NCBI GenBank assembly: GCA_965226885.1
Contig: CBDDEL010000015.1
Coordinates: 480,001-544,000 of the forward strand
Source of the DNA: Opitutales bacterium
GTDB taxonomy: Bacteria; Verrucomicrobiota; Verrucomicrobiia; Opitutales; UBA2987
Length of the DNA stretch: 64,000 bases
Direction of reading: 5' to 3'
Position numbers and translations under genes: made by a program
Notes under the pieces: generated by a model
What the model was told of the DNA's origin: nothing
Database searches by the model: none
What the model saw: the letters and a program-made list of their open reading frames with translations, nothing else
Shown: piece after piece, positions 30,260 through 40,317 of the stretch
Layout: the number at the start of each line of letters is the position of its first letter
Position numbering within the stretch: position 1 is the stretch's first letter

Positions 30260-31618
30260 TTATACCTTTTCTAGAATTGCCGTGGTCACGTGGCTACCGG
30301 TACCGGCATGGCTAATGGCCGCTCCTCTTGAGGGGTTCTTTACTTGCAGACTACGAAAGTCATCAGGTTTGGTCTTGCCGAAACCCTGCCAAATCTTCGG
30401 ATCTGCGTGGAACTTATCCCATTTCTCACACAATTGCCAGAAGACTTCGATAATCTGGAAAATGCCAGTCGCGCCAACCGCATGCATCGTGCCGAGGAGG
30501 CCGCCGGAAAGGTTCGTGGGCAGCCTCCCTTCGAAGTAAGCATCCCCGCTTTCGATGAAGTCCCTGCCTTGTCCATAAGGCCGCAGTCCGATATCCTCGT
30601 AGGTCTGGATATCGCTGATGGTAAAAGCATCGTGCGTTTCCAAGAGATCAAAATCCTCCAGGGGATCCTCAATGCCGGCCATATTATAGGCCAGATAAGC
30701 GGACATCCTGGCGGCCAGAAAAGAGGTAAATCCCGGCCATTCGTGGTTGTGGTTTTCGTAGAGATCGGCTGGCTCGTGGGGAAGCCTCAGTATCTCCATC
30801 TCTCTTCGATCAGCGGTTCTCAGGGTATGAGTTCCCCCGCAAATCGCCTTCAGGCAGATGGGGTTGGCGCTGAGTTTAAAGGCCATTTCCTCATCGGCCA
30901 ATATTATGACGGCAGCCCCCGTGCTCATTACGCAACAGTCCAAAAAGCTCAGGGGATCAGATACCATATCGCTTTCGAGGACTTCCTCAACGGTCAGTTC
31001 ACCGGGGTTTTGAGCGAATGGTGAAAACCGGGCGTAATGATGGTTCTTGACCGATATTTTTGCCAGAGTTTCCCGCGAGACATTGTATTCGTGCTGATAG
31101 CGTTGGGCCATGAGGGCGTAGTAGCTGGCGTACATCCAACCAAGTTCGGATTCGAAGTTTTTGCAGGCAGCCGAGGCAATATATGAGTTCCCCTGCTTGG
31201 TGGGGACTTCGTCCATGCGTTCCCAACCGATCACGGGGACCACATTGGCGTAGCCGGAAGCGATCGCCAGAGCGCCTGTAAGGACGCTCGAACCTCCCGT
31301 AGCGCCGCCCGTTTTCACTTCGATATTACCCAGGGGATCGAATCCCAGGGCATCATGCATTCTGGCTGCGGCCAGCAACTGGTCGCCGAAGTGATCGGCA
31401 AACTGCGAATAGACGCAAAAATTCACCATCCCGACAAACTCGTGTTGCGACACCTTAAGGTCGTTTTCGAGGACGGCCATGTTGATCGCTTCGAGAACGA
31501 GCTCTTCGGTGCTTTTTTCGGGGTAGTGTTTGCGAAAGTCAGTCATCCCTCCGGCGACGATGTAGACGGGTCTTTCGAACTTAGGGATATGCAGATTTCC
31601 GTCGCCAAACTTAATCAT
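30260..31618 (-). CDS. SCP2/Ltp-type thiolase-fold protein lacking the nucleophilic Cys
   Basis: KTGGATGG where CxS is expected; KNH, ETHDAF, NLSGGLLGTMHAVGATG. Confidence 0.85.
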   Translation of the reverse strand: MIKFGDGNLHIPKFERPVYIVAGGMTDFRKHYPEKSTEELVLEAINMAVLENDLKVSQHEFVGMVNFCVYSQFADHFGDQLLAAARMHDALGFDPLGNIEVKTGGATGGSSVLTGALAIASGYANVVPVIGWERMDEVPTKQGNSYIASAACKNFESELGWMYASYYALMAQRYQHEYNVSRETLAKISVKNHHYARFSPFAQNPGELTVEEVLESDMVSDPLSFLDCCVMSTGAAVIILADEEMAFKLSANPICLKAICGGTHTLRTADRREMEILRLPHEPADLYENHNHEWPGFTSFLAARMSAYLAYNMAGIEDPLEDFDLLETHDAFTISDIQTYEDIGLRPYGQGRDFIESGDAYFEGRLPTNLSGGLLGTMHAVGATGIFQIIEVFWQLCEKWDKFHADPKIWQGFGKTKPDDFRSLQVKNPSRGAAISHAGTGSHVTTAILEKV

Positions 31619-31773
31619 AACGGTTTTTTATGCTAGAAATTTTTCTTCTCTTGTCAAATCGGAACAAGAATACTCGACTCGTGCGCTACTCCCACGGTGT
31701 ATCCAGAAAAAACCTACAATTCACGCATTCATTATCGGAACAATTTAAGAATGAAGATTTCCGGCAAGCCGCT

Positions 31774-32991
31774 TCATTCCTTCCTTTCGACGCCCAAGGC
31801 AACGGCTTCCCCACCTCCAAGGCATAGGGTAGCGATACCTCGCTGTTTTCCTCGATTTTTCAAGGCGTAAAGAAGCGTGGTCAAAATACGCGCTCCAGAG
31901 GCTCCTAGAGGATGCCCCAGGGCAATGCCGCCGCCGTTTACATTCACTTTTTCCCAGTTCCAGCCCTTTTCCCGCAACGCGCTGCCATTGGCCAGTACTT
32001 GGGCGGCAAATGCTTCATTAACCTCTAAAAGATCGACCTCCGAAAGATCCCATCCGGTTTTTTCAAGGAGTCGCTCTATGGCCATGGCGGGAGTGGCAAA
32101 AATATATTTCGGATCCAAAGCGGCTTGAGCATATCCAATGATTTTAGCCAGAGGGGGCGTTTTCAATTCAGATGCCCGGGCCTCGCTGCAAACCACCAAA
32201 GCGGTCGCCCCGTCATTCAATCCCGGTGAGTTTCCAGCAGTCACCCTTCCCTCTTTTTTAAAGATCGGCTTTAATCGATTGAGCGAATCCAGCGAGGTAT
32301 CTTTTCGCGGAGGCTCGTCGGTGTCCACAATGACAGGATTTCCTTTACCATCCTTGTCAGTTAAAGGGACGATTTCCTCATTAAAATTACCGCTTTCTAT
32401 GGCGGCAACGGCTTTGCGGTGGCTTTCCAACGCATATTCGTCCATATCTTCGCGGGCAATTCCATATTCCTCTGCTATGAATTCTGCCGCTTCGCCCATT
32501 ATCCAATCCTCGAATGGGCACCATAAGCCGTCCACGACGATGGAGTCCAATGTTTCCCGGTTGCCGTAACGCATTTGGCCTTGGCGTCCGTGAAGCAGAT
32601 GAGGCGCATGGCTCATGCTTTCGACACCCCCCGCCACAAACATTTCCCCATCGCCGCAACGGATAGCCTGCGCGGCCAGCATAACGCTCTTCAAACCGGA
32701 ACCGCATACTTTGTTAATTGTGGTGGCGCCCACGGTTTGGGGAAGCCCTGCCGAAAGGGCGCATTGCCGGGCGATATTTTGGCCTAAACCGGCCGCAACC
32801 ACATTACCCATAAACACTTCTTCAATCGCTTCCGGATTTGACAAGCCTGCCCGCTCGATTGCAGCGCGTATGGCTGCGGAACCAAGATCGCGCGCGGAAA
32901 ATTTGCTAAGCGCCCCCAACAGTCGGCCGGTGGGAGTACGTGCAGCGCTTATTATGACAGGGGTTCTCGATGGATCGCTATTGTTATTCAT
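31774..32991 (-). CDS. Acetyl-CoA C-acyltransferase (canonical thiolase)
   Basis: [28 protein letters not shown]. Confidence 0.95.
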   Translation of the reverse strand: MNNNSDPSRTPVIISAARTPTGRLLGALSKFSARDLGSAAIRAAIERAGLSNPEAIEEVFMGNVVAAGLGQNIARQCALSAGLPQTVGATTINKVCGSGLKSVMLAAQAIRCGDGEMFVAGGVESMSHAPHLLHGRQGQMRYGNRETLDSIVVDGLWCPFEDWIMGEAAEFIAEEYGIAREDMDEYALESHRKAVAAIESGNFNEEIVPLTDKDGKGNPVIVDTDEPPRKDTSLDSLNRLKPIFKKEGRVTAGNSPGLNDGATALVVCSEARASELKTPPLAKIIGYAQAALDPKYIFATPAMAIERLLEKTGWDLSEVDLLEVNEAFAAQVLANGSALREKGWNWEKVNVNGGGIALGHPLGASGARILTTLLYALKNRGKQRGIATLCLGGGEAVALGVERKE

Positions 32992-34960
32992 TTTGCTGAA
33001 ACGTCTCCTTACTCTGTGGAAAAGATGTAGCGCCAGGATTCGTATTCAGGCTGGCTATGGAATCCAGGGCGCCTGGATTTTCGATGCTGGTCATATCGCT
33101 CCGCTCTTTGCCCAAGTAAGCTTTTTTTATCGCTCCGCGGACAATTTTACCGGAACGGGTTTTGGGAAGAGCCGCTACAGAATGAACTGCTCGCGGAGCC
33201 ATTGGTTTGCCGATTTCTCCGGCCACATGACCGATCAGCTCTACCTGTGGCATGGAAACGCCGTCCTTGAAAACCACGAAACAGACGATGCTCTGGCCCT
33301 TGATTTCATCGGGCACTCCTATGGCGGCGGCTTCGCTTATCTTGGGGTGGGAAATGAGAGCGGACTCTATCTCGGCGGCCCCCATCCTTTTACCGGCAAC
33401 ATTGAATGTATCGTCGGAACGTCCGTGGAGAAAAAAGTGGCCGTCGGCATCGATACTGGCCCAATCCCCATGGTTCCAAACACCCTCGAACTGGCTGAAA
33501 TAGGTTTCGAGGTAGCGATCATCATCGTTTAAAAAGCTTTTGGTCATTGATGGGAAAGGTTTTTTGCAGACCAGGTAGCCGGTTTTTTCACGCAGGGGAA
33601 TGCCGTCTTTATCAAAAACGTCCACATCCATGCCCAGCGCCCCGGTCCCCAGGGTGCAGGATTTCAGGGGCTGAACGGGAACAGACTGTAGCAGACACCC
33701 CATGAGTTCTGTCCCTCCGCTCATGTTGATAATCGGGCATCGGCTGCCCCCGACCTCCCGAAATAGCCATTGATAGGAGGATTCGTCCCATAACTCTCCG
33801 GTTGAACCGATGAGGCGTAGGCGGGAGAGGTCGAAAGCGCTGGGTCCCTTGCCATTCGTTGCCCGCATGAGAACTCTTATTGCGGTTGGTGACACACCAA
33901 ACGTAACCACCCCCAGAGATTCCATCAGTATCCAAAGCTTGTCACTGGTTGGATAGTCCGGAGCACCATCGAATAACACCACTGGAGTGCGGTAGAGAAG
34001 AGGGCCGATGAGTTCCCATGGACCCATCATCCACCCGATGTCGGTGAGCCAGAAAAAAGGTTCTCCGGGCCGTACATCGAAGGCATAGCGAAGCTCTTTT
34101 CCGGTTATGGCCAAACAACCGGCGTGGGTATGCACCGTCCCCTTGGGGTTGCCGGTGGTTCCGCTGGTATATAGAAGCAAACAGGGATCCTCGGCGGCTG
34201 TGTGATGACATTTTATGGCAGAAGTGTGCCCTGCCAGAAACTCCGGCCATTCCTCTAAGTCGAAGGCGATGATCTTTTCAATGGACGGTATCTCCTTTGC
34301 CGCCGCCCGCACGATCAGGCCTGAATCAATCGGTTTCCCACGCCGGTGCAGGGTATCGATCGAAAATAGTATCCTTGCCCGGCAGGAGCGCATTCTTTCG
34401 ATCAAGGCCCGCTTGCCGAAGCCGCAGAATACCGGCGCAAACCGGGCACCGATTTTGAAGGCGGCAAACATGACTACCACGGTTTCAATTCGCATCGGGG
34501 CATAGAGACCAATAGCGTCCCCCGGTTCCAAACCGTGAGCCAGAAGCGCCCCGCAACACCGGTCCACCAATCGGGAAAATTCGCTAAAGGTTATCTGCGC
34601 GGTCTCATTCGGACGGTTGGATTCTCTCTCGTAAAATAAGGCAATCTCTTCTCCATGACCTGCTTCGACATGGCGATCTATGCAATTATAAGTGATATTG
34701 ATCTCGCCCCCTGAGAACCAACGTGTCCAGGGGAACCCACCGCTGCGATCACTGATTCGCTCATAGGGCCGAAACCAGGAAAGCCCCATATCCTTGATAA
34801 CCGCGTCCCAAAACCAATCCCCATCTTCTATGGACCGAAGACGCAACTCCTCATAATCGGTTATACCCTGTTCCTGCATAAACCGGGCCAGGTGGCAATG
34901 GCCAGTCCACTGGTGTTCTTCAGGGCGCCATATATAAGATGATTCGGGGATTTCCACCAT
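32984..34960 (-). CDS. Acyl-CoA synthetase (acetate/acetoacetate-CoA ligase family)
   Basis: YTSGTTGNPKG, TDIGWMMG, SGGTE, GRSDD, LPKTRSGK; likely start ATG 34960. Confidence 0.9.
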   Translation of the reverse strand: MVEIPESSYIWRPEEHQWTGHCHLARFMQEQGITDYEELRLRSIEDGDWFWDAVIKDMGLSWFRPYERISDRSGGFPWTRWFSGGEINITYNCIDRHVEAGHGEEIALFYERESNRPNETAQITFSEFSRLVDRCCGALLAHGLEPGDAIGLYAPMRIETVVVMFAAFKIGARFAPVFCGFGKRALIERMRSCRARILFSIDTLHRRGKPIDSGLIVRAAAKEIPSIEKIIAFDLEEWPEFLAGHTSAIKCHHTAAEDPCLLLYTSGTTGNPKGTVHTHAGCLAITGKELRYAFDVRPGEPFFWLTDIGWMMGPWELIGPLLYRTPVVLFDGAPDYPTSDKLWILMESLGVVTFGVSPTAIRVLMRATNGKGPSAFDLSRLRLIGSTGELWDESSYQWLFREVGGSRCPIINMSGGTELMGCLLQSVPVQPLKSCTLGTGALGMDVDVFDKDGIPLREKTGYLVCKKPFPSMTKSFLNDDDRYLETYFSQFEGVWNHGDWASIDADGHFFLHGRSDDTFNVAGKRMGAAEIESALISHPKISEAAAIGVPDEIKGQSIVCFVVFKDGVSMPQVELIGHVAGEIGKPMAPRAVHSVAALPKTRSGKIVRGAIKKAYLGKERSDMTSIENPGALDSIASLNTNPGATSFPQSKETFQQNE

Positions 34961-35089
34961 GGCTAAAGTTATAGCGAAGCACTTTTTGAAAATGAAGCCA
35001 AAACCCAGAAAAATACTCTTCTTCACGCAGCCCGTATCTCGCGTCCCGTTTTGACGGTCACTTCGCGGCTCACTGACGCGCTCGGCCTC

Positions 35090-35944
35090 CTACAACGTTT
35101 CCGTAAGCCAGAGCAGTGTTGCCGCGATCACCCGTTCGTCATACGCGCTCTCCGGATCGAAGGTGTGAAAAATATGATTAGCGCCGCCGAGAATTATGAA
35201 TTCTTCCCGCCATCCGGAAGCGGCCGCAATAAACTGGTCCTCGTAGCGTTTCAGGAAATCATCGCTCCCACGGATCGAAAGGAGGGCTCCCTTGTAGGCC
35301 TTCAACGGACCCATAAGATCATAGCCGATAAAACCCATGAGGTGCTCGCGTGTAAGGGTCATTTCCGCCCAATCTTGAATTGTTGATTCCCCTTTTTCGA
35401 TCGCTTCACGTTGGCCCGCAGCCCTTTCAGGATCTCCGAAAAAGTCGACCGCCAGATTACCCGCGCTTGACCACAGCACCAGACTGGTAATCGCCTCGGG
35501 GTGTCTTCCCGTCAGGGCTATGGCAGTCGCCCCGCCTAGGCTGAACCCGACCACTCCGATTTTCGCATCCGGAAATTTCTCCCGAATCATCCCCAAAGCG
35601 GCCTCCGCATCGGCGATGCGCGTCGCAAAAGTCGATGTCAACCGGTGTCCATTTCTCTCTCCTTCACCCCGAAAGTTAATGCGTAGGGAAGCAATCCCAG
35701 CGTCGCCTAGTTCTCCTCCCAACCGTTTGTACATATCGCCCACTTCATCCATTTTCCCGGTCCAGCCGTGAAGTAAAAGGACCGCCCTGGCCGAAGCGCT
35801 CTCACCCTTCGCAGGGGTAATAATTTTACCCGCCACCCCCTCGGCCACGGTAACGTCGTCCTCAGTAAACTCGGCCCGCACGGGCGCACTTAGCGCACAT
35901 AATCCGATAGCCGTCAGTAGGAGGGAAAGAACAGTAATACGCAT
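35090..35944 (-). CDS. Secreted alpha/beta hydrolase
   Basis: Signal peptide, LLHGW, GFSLGG nucleophile elbow, GSDD, GANH. Confidence 0.88.
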   Translation of the reverse strand: MRITVLSLLLTAIGLCALSAPVRAEFTEDDVTVAEGVAGKIITPAKGESASARAVLLLHGWTGKMDEVGDMYKRLGGELGDAGIASLRINFRGEGERNGHRLTSTFATRIADAEAALGMIREKFPDAKIGVVGFSLGGATAIALTGRHPEAITSLVLWSSAGNLAVDFFGDPERAAGQREAIEKGESTIQDWAEMTLTREHLMGFIGYDLMGPLKAYKGALLSIRGSDDFLKRYEDQFIAAASGWREEFIILGGANHIFHTFDPESAYDERVIAATLLWLTETL

Positions 35945-36076
35945 GATTCGCTGATAGCCGATACCCGGTACCGGTCAATGTCTAATTTTGGCCGATTTTA
36001 CCAAGTGAGTTTGTTATTCCCCGGCTGAGAAAAGGATTTTTCATTTTCCTACAGCCAACAAAATATTATATTTTAA

Positions 36077-37027
36077 TCACCGCTGCATGGGCGTGCCGGC
36101 CACTCCCACATCGACCTTCCAGATAGTGCCGAACCGGGTTGATGTTATGTAAATTGAGTTTCGGTCGAAAATTCCCTCGCCGAAAGCGATGCTCGCCGCG
36201 CCGGGGACATTTTGCGCAATGAGCAGCGTCTCGCCCGTCGCGGGATCGATGCGCCAGATTCTTCCGAGTCCGTTTTCCGCCACATAAACCCGTCCCCGTT
36301 CGTCCATCGCGAGACCGTCATGACCGCCCTCCCCAGGCGCTGCCACTACCACAGGATCGGCAATCGGTTCGCCCGTCTCATTCAGATCAAGCCGCCAAAC
36401 GCGGTTGTCCGGCACGATGGGGTGGATTTGCTTGAATATCTGCGCGACAAACAGCGAATGGGCGTCGAGTGAAAATACCAGCCCGTTAGGGTGCTTGATA
36501 CGGTCGGTAAAGAGGCGCACCTGGCCTTGCTTTGAGACGAGGTAAATGTCGTCCACCCCATCATCTGAAACGAGAAAGGAGCCGTCTTTTCTCAATAGAA
36601 TGAAATTGGGATCGGCGATACCGTTTGCGACCACGCGCTTTTCTCCTTCCGGCGTAATTCGCCAGACGATGCCATCGTTGTTTTCGTTTTCTCCATCTCG
36701 GAAAATATTTGTGGGGCCGAAGTCCGCGTAAAGTATGTCACGCTCCCCGATGGGGGCCAGTCCCAGATTGGAATCGAGCTCGACCACCATGCGTACCGAC
36801 CCGTCGGGAGAAATCTCGTTTAGCGCCCGGTTACCGGAAACAAACAACCGGCCCTCCCCGTTAAACGCGATACCTTCCGACTGCGCGAATACATATTCGA
36901 CTAATATCGTCGCAGGCGCCGGAAACCTTGTAGCAGGCTCTCCATTTCCATTGGCGGGTGCCTGGGGATAGGTTAGGCTTAAGAGGCCAACACTGAGCAA
37001 AAATCTGGCGGATGATGCAGGATTCAA
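36077..37027 (-). CDS. SMP-30/gluconolactonase beta-propeller protein
   Basis: SEGIAF, HPNGLVFS, DGLAMDERG; signal-like N-terminus. Confidence 0.85.
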   Translation of the reverse strand: MNPASSARFLLSVGLLSLTYPQAPANGNGEPATRFPAPATILVEYVFAQSEGIAFNGEGRLFVSGNRALNEISPDGSVRMVVELDSNLGLAPIGERDILYADFGPTNIFRDGENENNDGIVWRITPEGEKRVVANGIADPNFILLRKDGSFLVSDDGVDDIYLVSKQGQVRLFTDRIKHPNGLVFSLDAHSLFVAQIFKQIHPIVPDNRVWRLDLNETGEPIADPVVVAAPGEGGHDGLAMDERGRVYVAENGLGRIWRIDPATGETLLIAQNVPGAASIAFGEGIFDRNSIYITSTRFGTIWKVDVGVAGTPMQR

Positions 37028-37143
37028 GATTCAGAATGGTAGAATTAGGATGTTAACGACTTTTTCACTTCTGTCTTCTCAATCCGATATCCAGCATTAC
37101 GAATCTTGCAACAGGTTTCAGGACGCGACTTCCCGGAAATCTC

Positions 37144-38553
37144 CTAAAGACTGCTATCGCATGACTTCTGAATGAGGGGGAGCATGACGCCGTTGCGAAA
37201 TAAGGTTACTTTTCCTGTGCTGGCCGAGATGACTATGGCGATGCAATCGGTGGCCATAGAGATGGCGGCGCCGGCCGAATGCCGGGCGCCCAAACCGCTG
37301 GGCATGTCGCGGTAATAATAAGCGGGGGCGTGTACGAGGGTTCCGGCGGAGTCGATAACTCCGTCTCCTCGGATGATAAAAGCGCCATCAATGGAAGAAA
37401 ATTCCTTGATAGTCTCGTCCATGAAAGGATTGAGAACATTTCGATCCACTTCGGCATAACCGTAAAATGGATTGAGCACTAAGGGCTTTACCATTGTGCT
37501 GACTTTGGCCGAATCCCCCACCACGAAAAGGCAACCGACCGGTTTGCCTTCGCGGCCCTGCACCGCCAATTCGGTGGCGATGGAGAGCAGCCGCTCCATT
37601 ACTTCAACCTTAACCGATTTTGGAAGCAAATTTTTCTCGCTGACAATGATGGACTGGAATTCCTTGGCCACATCTACAATGACAATGGTGTCAAGTAGAT
37701 TGCTGCCGGGGATCCCTCCGACACAACAGAGTTTCTCATCGGAATCAATGAGCCCGCGCGTCAGCCCGATGAGAACGGCGCTGCGCAACTGGGAAAGGCG
37801 CTGCTGGGAGACCGAGCGCAGTTCGATGGATGCAACCTTTTCCTTTTCGCTACTCTTTTTCTTTTGAGCTGTCCGGTTACTGCGCAATCTGAGGGGAGCG
37901 TGGGTGACGACAATCGTTTTCAATTGCCGGATCGACCTGGGAAGATCGATGGCTCCGGCAAATGTTTCCGCAAACAGCAATAGGGTAGAGCAGCCCGCAG
38001 TTTTGGCGATGGCGGCGGCTTCTTTAAGCAAGAAGGAATTGAATCGCGCCTGTGACCGCTCCGGGCGGGCAAGCAGGCCGCCCATCCCTTGCACCACTCT
38101 CTCCCGAAACGTATTCAGATCGGAGGAGGTAATAATGTGATCGACTACGCTTTTCTCCTGAAATTGGCGGGCGATGGAAGCGAGAACTTCCAGATAGTTT
38201 TTTTCGTTCTCGGAAGCCAGCATCAAAATAAAGATGCGAACCTTTTTGTACTCGGACATGCCATTTTTGTACTCGGACATGCCATCGTAATGAATGCCTT
38301 CAGGGCAGCGGCCGATGGCAAACAGATAGGGCCGCTTCATCTTTAACCTGAGATGGGGAAAAGCCACTCCATTGCCCAAATAAGTGGTCATGGAACTTTC
38401 CCGCTCCAGAATGGCTCGCAAAAGCTTGGCCGAGTCCATCTTTTCAGTCGAACGGGAGATGGATACACGCAATAATTCCTGCAAGGCTCCTTTAAGATCC
38501 TTGCTTTTTATATCGATGATGCGCGATTTCGCCAAGTAACGATCCAGCCGCAT
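37144..38553 (-). CDS. PTS EIIA domain fused to a DacZ-type diadenylate cyclase (DisA_N)
   Basis: RESSMTTYLGNGVAFPH (EIIA phospho-His); ELAVQGREGKPVG, LNPF, IDGAF and GLGARH DAC motifs. Confidence 0.88.
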   Translation of the reverse strand: MRLDRYLAKSRIIDIKSKDLKGALQELLRVSISRSTEKMDSAKLLRAILERESSMTTYLGNGVAFPHLRLKMKRPYLFAIGRCPEGIHYDGMSEYKNGMSEYKKVRIFILMLASENEKNYLEVLASIARQFQEKSVVDHIITSSDLNTFRERVVQGMGGLLARPERSQARFNSFLLKEAAAIAKTAGCSTLLLFAETFAGAIDLPRSIRQLKTIVVTHAPLRLRSNRTAQKKKSSEKEKVASIELRSVSQQRLSQLRSAVLIGLTRGLIDSDEKLCCVGGIPGSNLLDTIVIVDVAKEFQSIIVSEKNLLPKSVKVEVMERLLSIATELAVQGREGKPVGCLFVVGDSAKVSTMVKPLVLNPFYGYAEVDRNVLNPFMDETIKEFSSIDGAFIIRGDGVIDSAGTLVHAPAYYYRDMPSGLGARHSAGAAISMATDCIAIVISASTGKVTLFRNGVMLPLIQKSCDSSL

Positions 38554-38631
38554 GAAAAAATGGGTTTCCGCCGGGAGGCGGTGGTTGGAGTTGATTTGTG
38601 GGTTAGGTTAACCCGGTAACGGATTGAAGCT

Positions 38632-39006
38632 CTATTTTTCCCATACCAGGGCTCCCTTTTTGATTTCGTAAAGGAGCCCTATAATGAGCACAGAAAGAAA
38701 AAACAGGACTGGTGAAAGGATGGGAATTCCGGCGGCCAGAAATTCACGATAAACGATTGCCCACGGAAACAAAAATACGATTTCTACATCGAATAATATG
38801 AAGAGCATGGCGGTGACATAAAATTTAACAGATAATCGCGGGTGGCACTTACCGACTGCAATCATCCCGCACTCATAGGGCGAGTCTTTGAACTGATTGG
38901 GTTTGGCCCGCTGCCCAAACAGATGGCTTACAGCAATAATGGCAATGGCGATTCCCACCGCCAAAACAATTTGAATAAGCAAGGGCATGTATTGAGCGAG
39001 AGTCAT
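38632..39006 (-). CDS. nuoA: NADH-quinone oxidoreductase subunit A
   Basis: From ATG 39006 MTLAQYMPLL; KDSPYECG, FYVTAMLFILFDVEIVFLFPWA, YEIKKGALVW. Confidence 0.95.
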   Translation of the reverse strand: MTLAQYMPLLIQIVLAVGIAIAIIAVSHLFGQRAKPNQFKDSPYECGMIAVGKCHPRLSVKFYVTAMLFILFDVEIVFLFPWAIVYREFLAAGIPILSPVLFFLSVLIIGLLYEIKKGALVWEK

Positions 39007-39095
39007 ACTTGTAAAACAAAAGCTCAACCGCGGTAATTTCAAGCCGCTTTTGAAAATAATTTGAATTGGGCGGCTTTTTTTGACCGAACACGCCG

Positions 39096-40142
39096 CTAGC
39101 GTAACCGAATCCAGTCGATCCGCTTGATATCGGCGCTGCCCAGGCCCAGTTTTTCCCCAAATACCAGAATCGGCAAACGGCGGCCGATCGACCGGAATCC
39201 ATCTTCTCGACGGTATTTGTTGAGGCGGCTGAGCGCGAGGGCATCCAGAACAACTGGATTGACACTCATCCAAAGCAAATCTTCGGAGCGCGTATAAAGT
39301 GAATTGAAGACCGGTCCGCCGATAAACTGGTAGCGCTCCATGGGCAAAATGGTGATGGCCAGGCTGGCCGTTATTTCTGGGATAGCCGCCACCTCGGAAG
39401 CGACAATGGGGGCGTTGGCAGGACTGGTAAAAAAACGATCCCGATTGCTCATGTTCCACAAACTGGCATTAACGATGGCGCCCGCTATGCCCACTGCCGG
39501 ATGGTCCAGGACCATGGGAATGTTGATCCAGAAATCCACTTCGGTGAGTAGTATTTTGGGCAAATAACTTTTTCGATTCTCATCATTTCTAGCCAGGAAT
39601 TCCATGCTTGGGTCGATGCCTTCGGAAAACAGATTTCCATGATAGCGGGGCAGGGGGCTATCATAAAACCAGATGGGATCGAAAAATTGTTCTGAATCGA
39701 GAATGTAAACCGGAACGCCCTCGAAAAATTTGCCCTTTTCACGCCGGCTGAGGGGCGGCAGAAAACCGGAGACGCGCAATAGTGATTCGTTCAAGTCGAG
39801 TAGAAATAGCTCGTCATTGGCAAAACCTCTTCGTTGCAAAGCTTTCAAGACAGCTTTGACCAATGCGGGGGGGGTGGCTATGCCGCTTCCCGAGTTGGTG
39901 TAAAGCTTGATGCCGGCCCGGCGTTTTTCTCCCGGCGCAAGCCGTTTGCCGGTTTTGTCCTCGAAGCTACGAAAGAGGGCCTCAACACCATTGGCGTACC
40001 TCTGCTGGCTGAATTCACCCAACTTGTACTCCCATACATAATGAGTGTAAATATCGCGCTGCCCCTCATAGCCCCAGAAGTCGCCCAAGGCCACCACAGG
40101 GATCAAAATGGTCATAATTATAAAAAGAAAGCAAGCCCTCAT
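39096..40142 (-). CDS. DUF362-like exported protein
   Basis: GIKLYT...ATPPALVKAV, DFWINIP...DH and NPVVLDA motifs. Confidence 0.65.
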   Translation of the reverse strand: MRACFLFIIMTILIPVVALGDFWGYEGQRDIYTHYVWEYKLGEFSQQRYANGVEALFRSFEDKTGKRLAPGEKRRAGIKLYTNSGSGIATPPALVKAVLKALQRRGFANDELFLLDLNESLLRVSGFLPPLSRREKGKFFEGVPVYILDSEQFFDPIWFYDSPLPRYHGNLFSEGIDPSMEFLARNDENRKSYLPKILLTEVDFWINIPMVLDHPAVGIAGAIVNASLWNMSNRDRFFTSPANAPIVASEVAAIPEITASLAITILPMERYQFIGGPVFNSLYTRSEDLLWMSVNPVVLDALALSRLNKYRREDGFRSIGRRLPILVFGEKLGLGSADIKRIDWIRLR

Positions 40143-40317
40143 GTTCGGTTCTTGACAGTGCGCAAATGGGGTTGGAAATTAGAACCTTTCCCGAAATCGT
40201 CAATGGCAATAGAGAGAGAAATTATATGTACAGGGCAAGATTCTTTGCAACCTGCACAGCGATGCGCCCTGCATAAATCAATCGTGTTTAGAGGATAGAT
40301 TTTAATCTTCATAGGCC

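Noticed and set aside
39007..39459. N-terminally extended 275-aa NuoA
   Set aside because: The extension overlaps the DUF362-like gene in another frame; normal-length NuoA starts at 39006.
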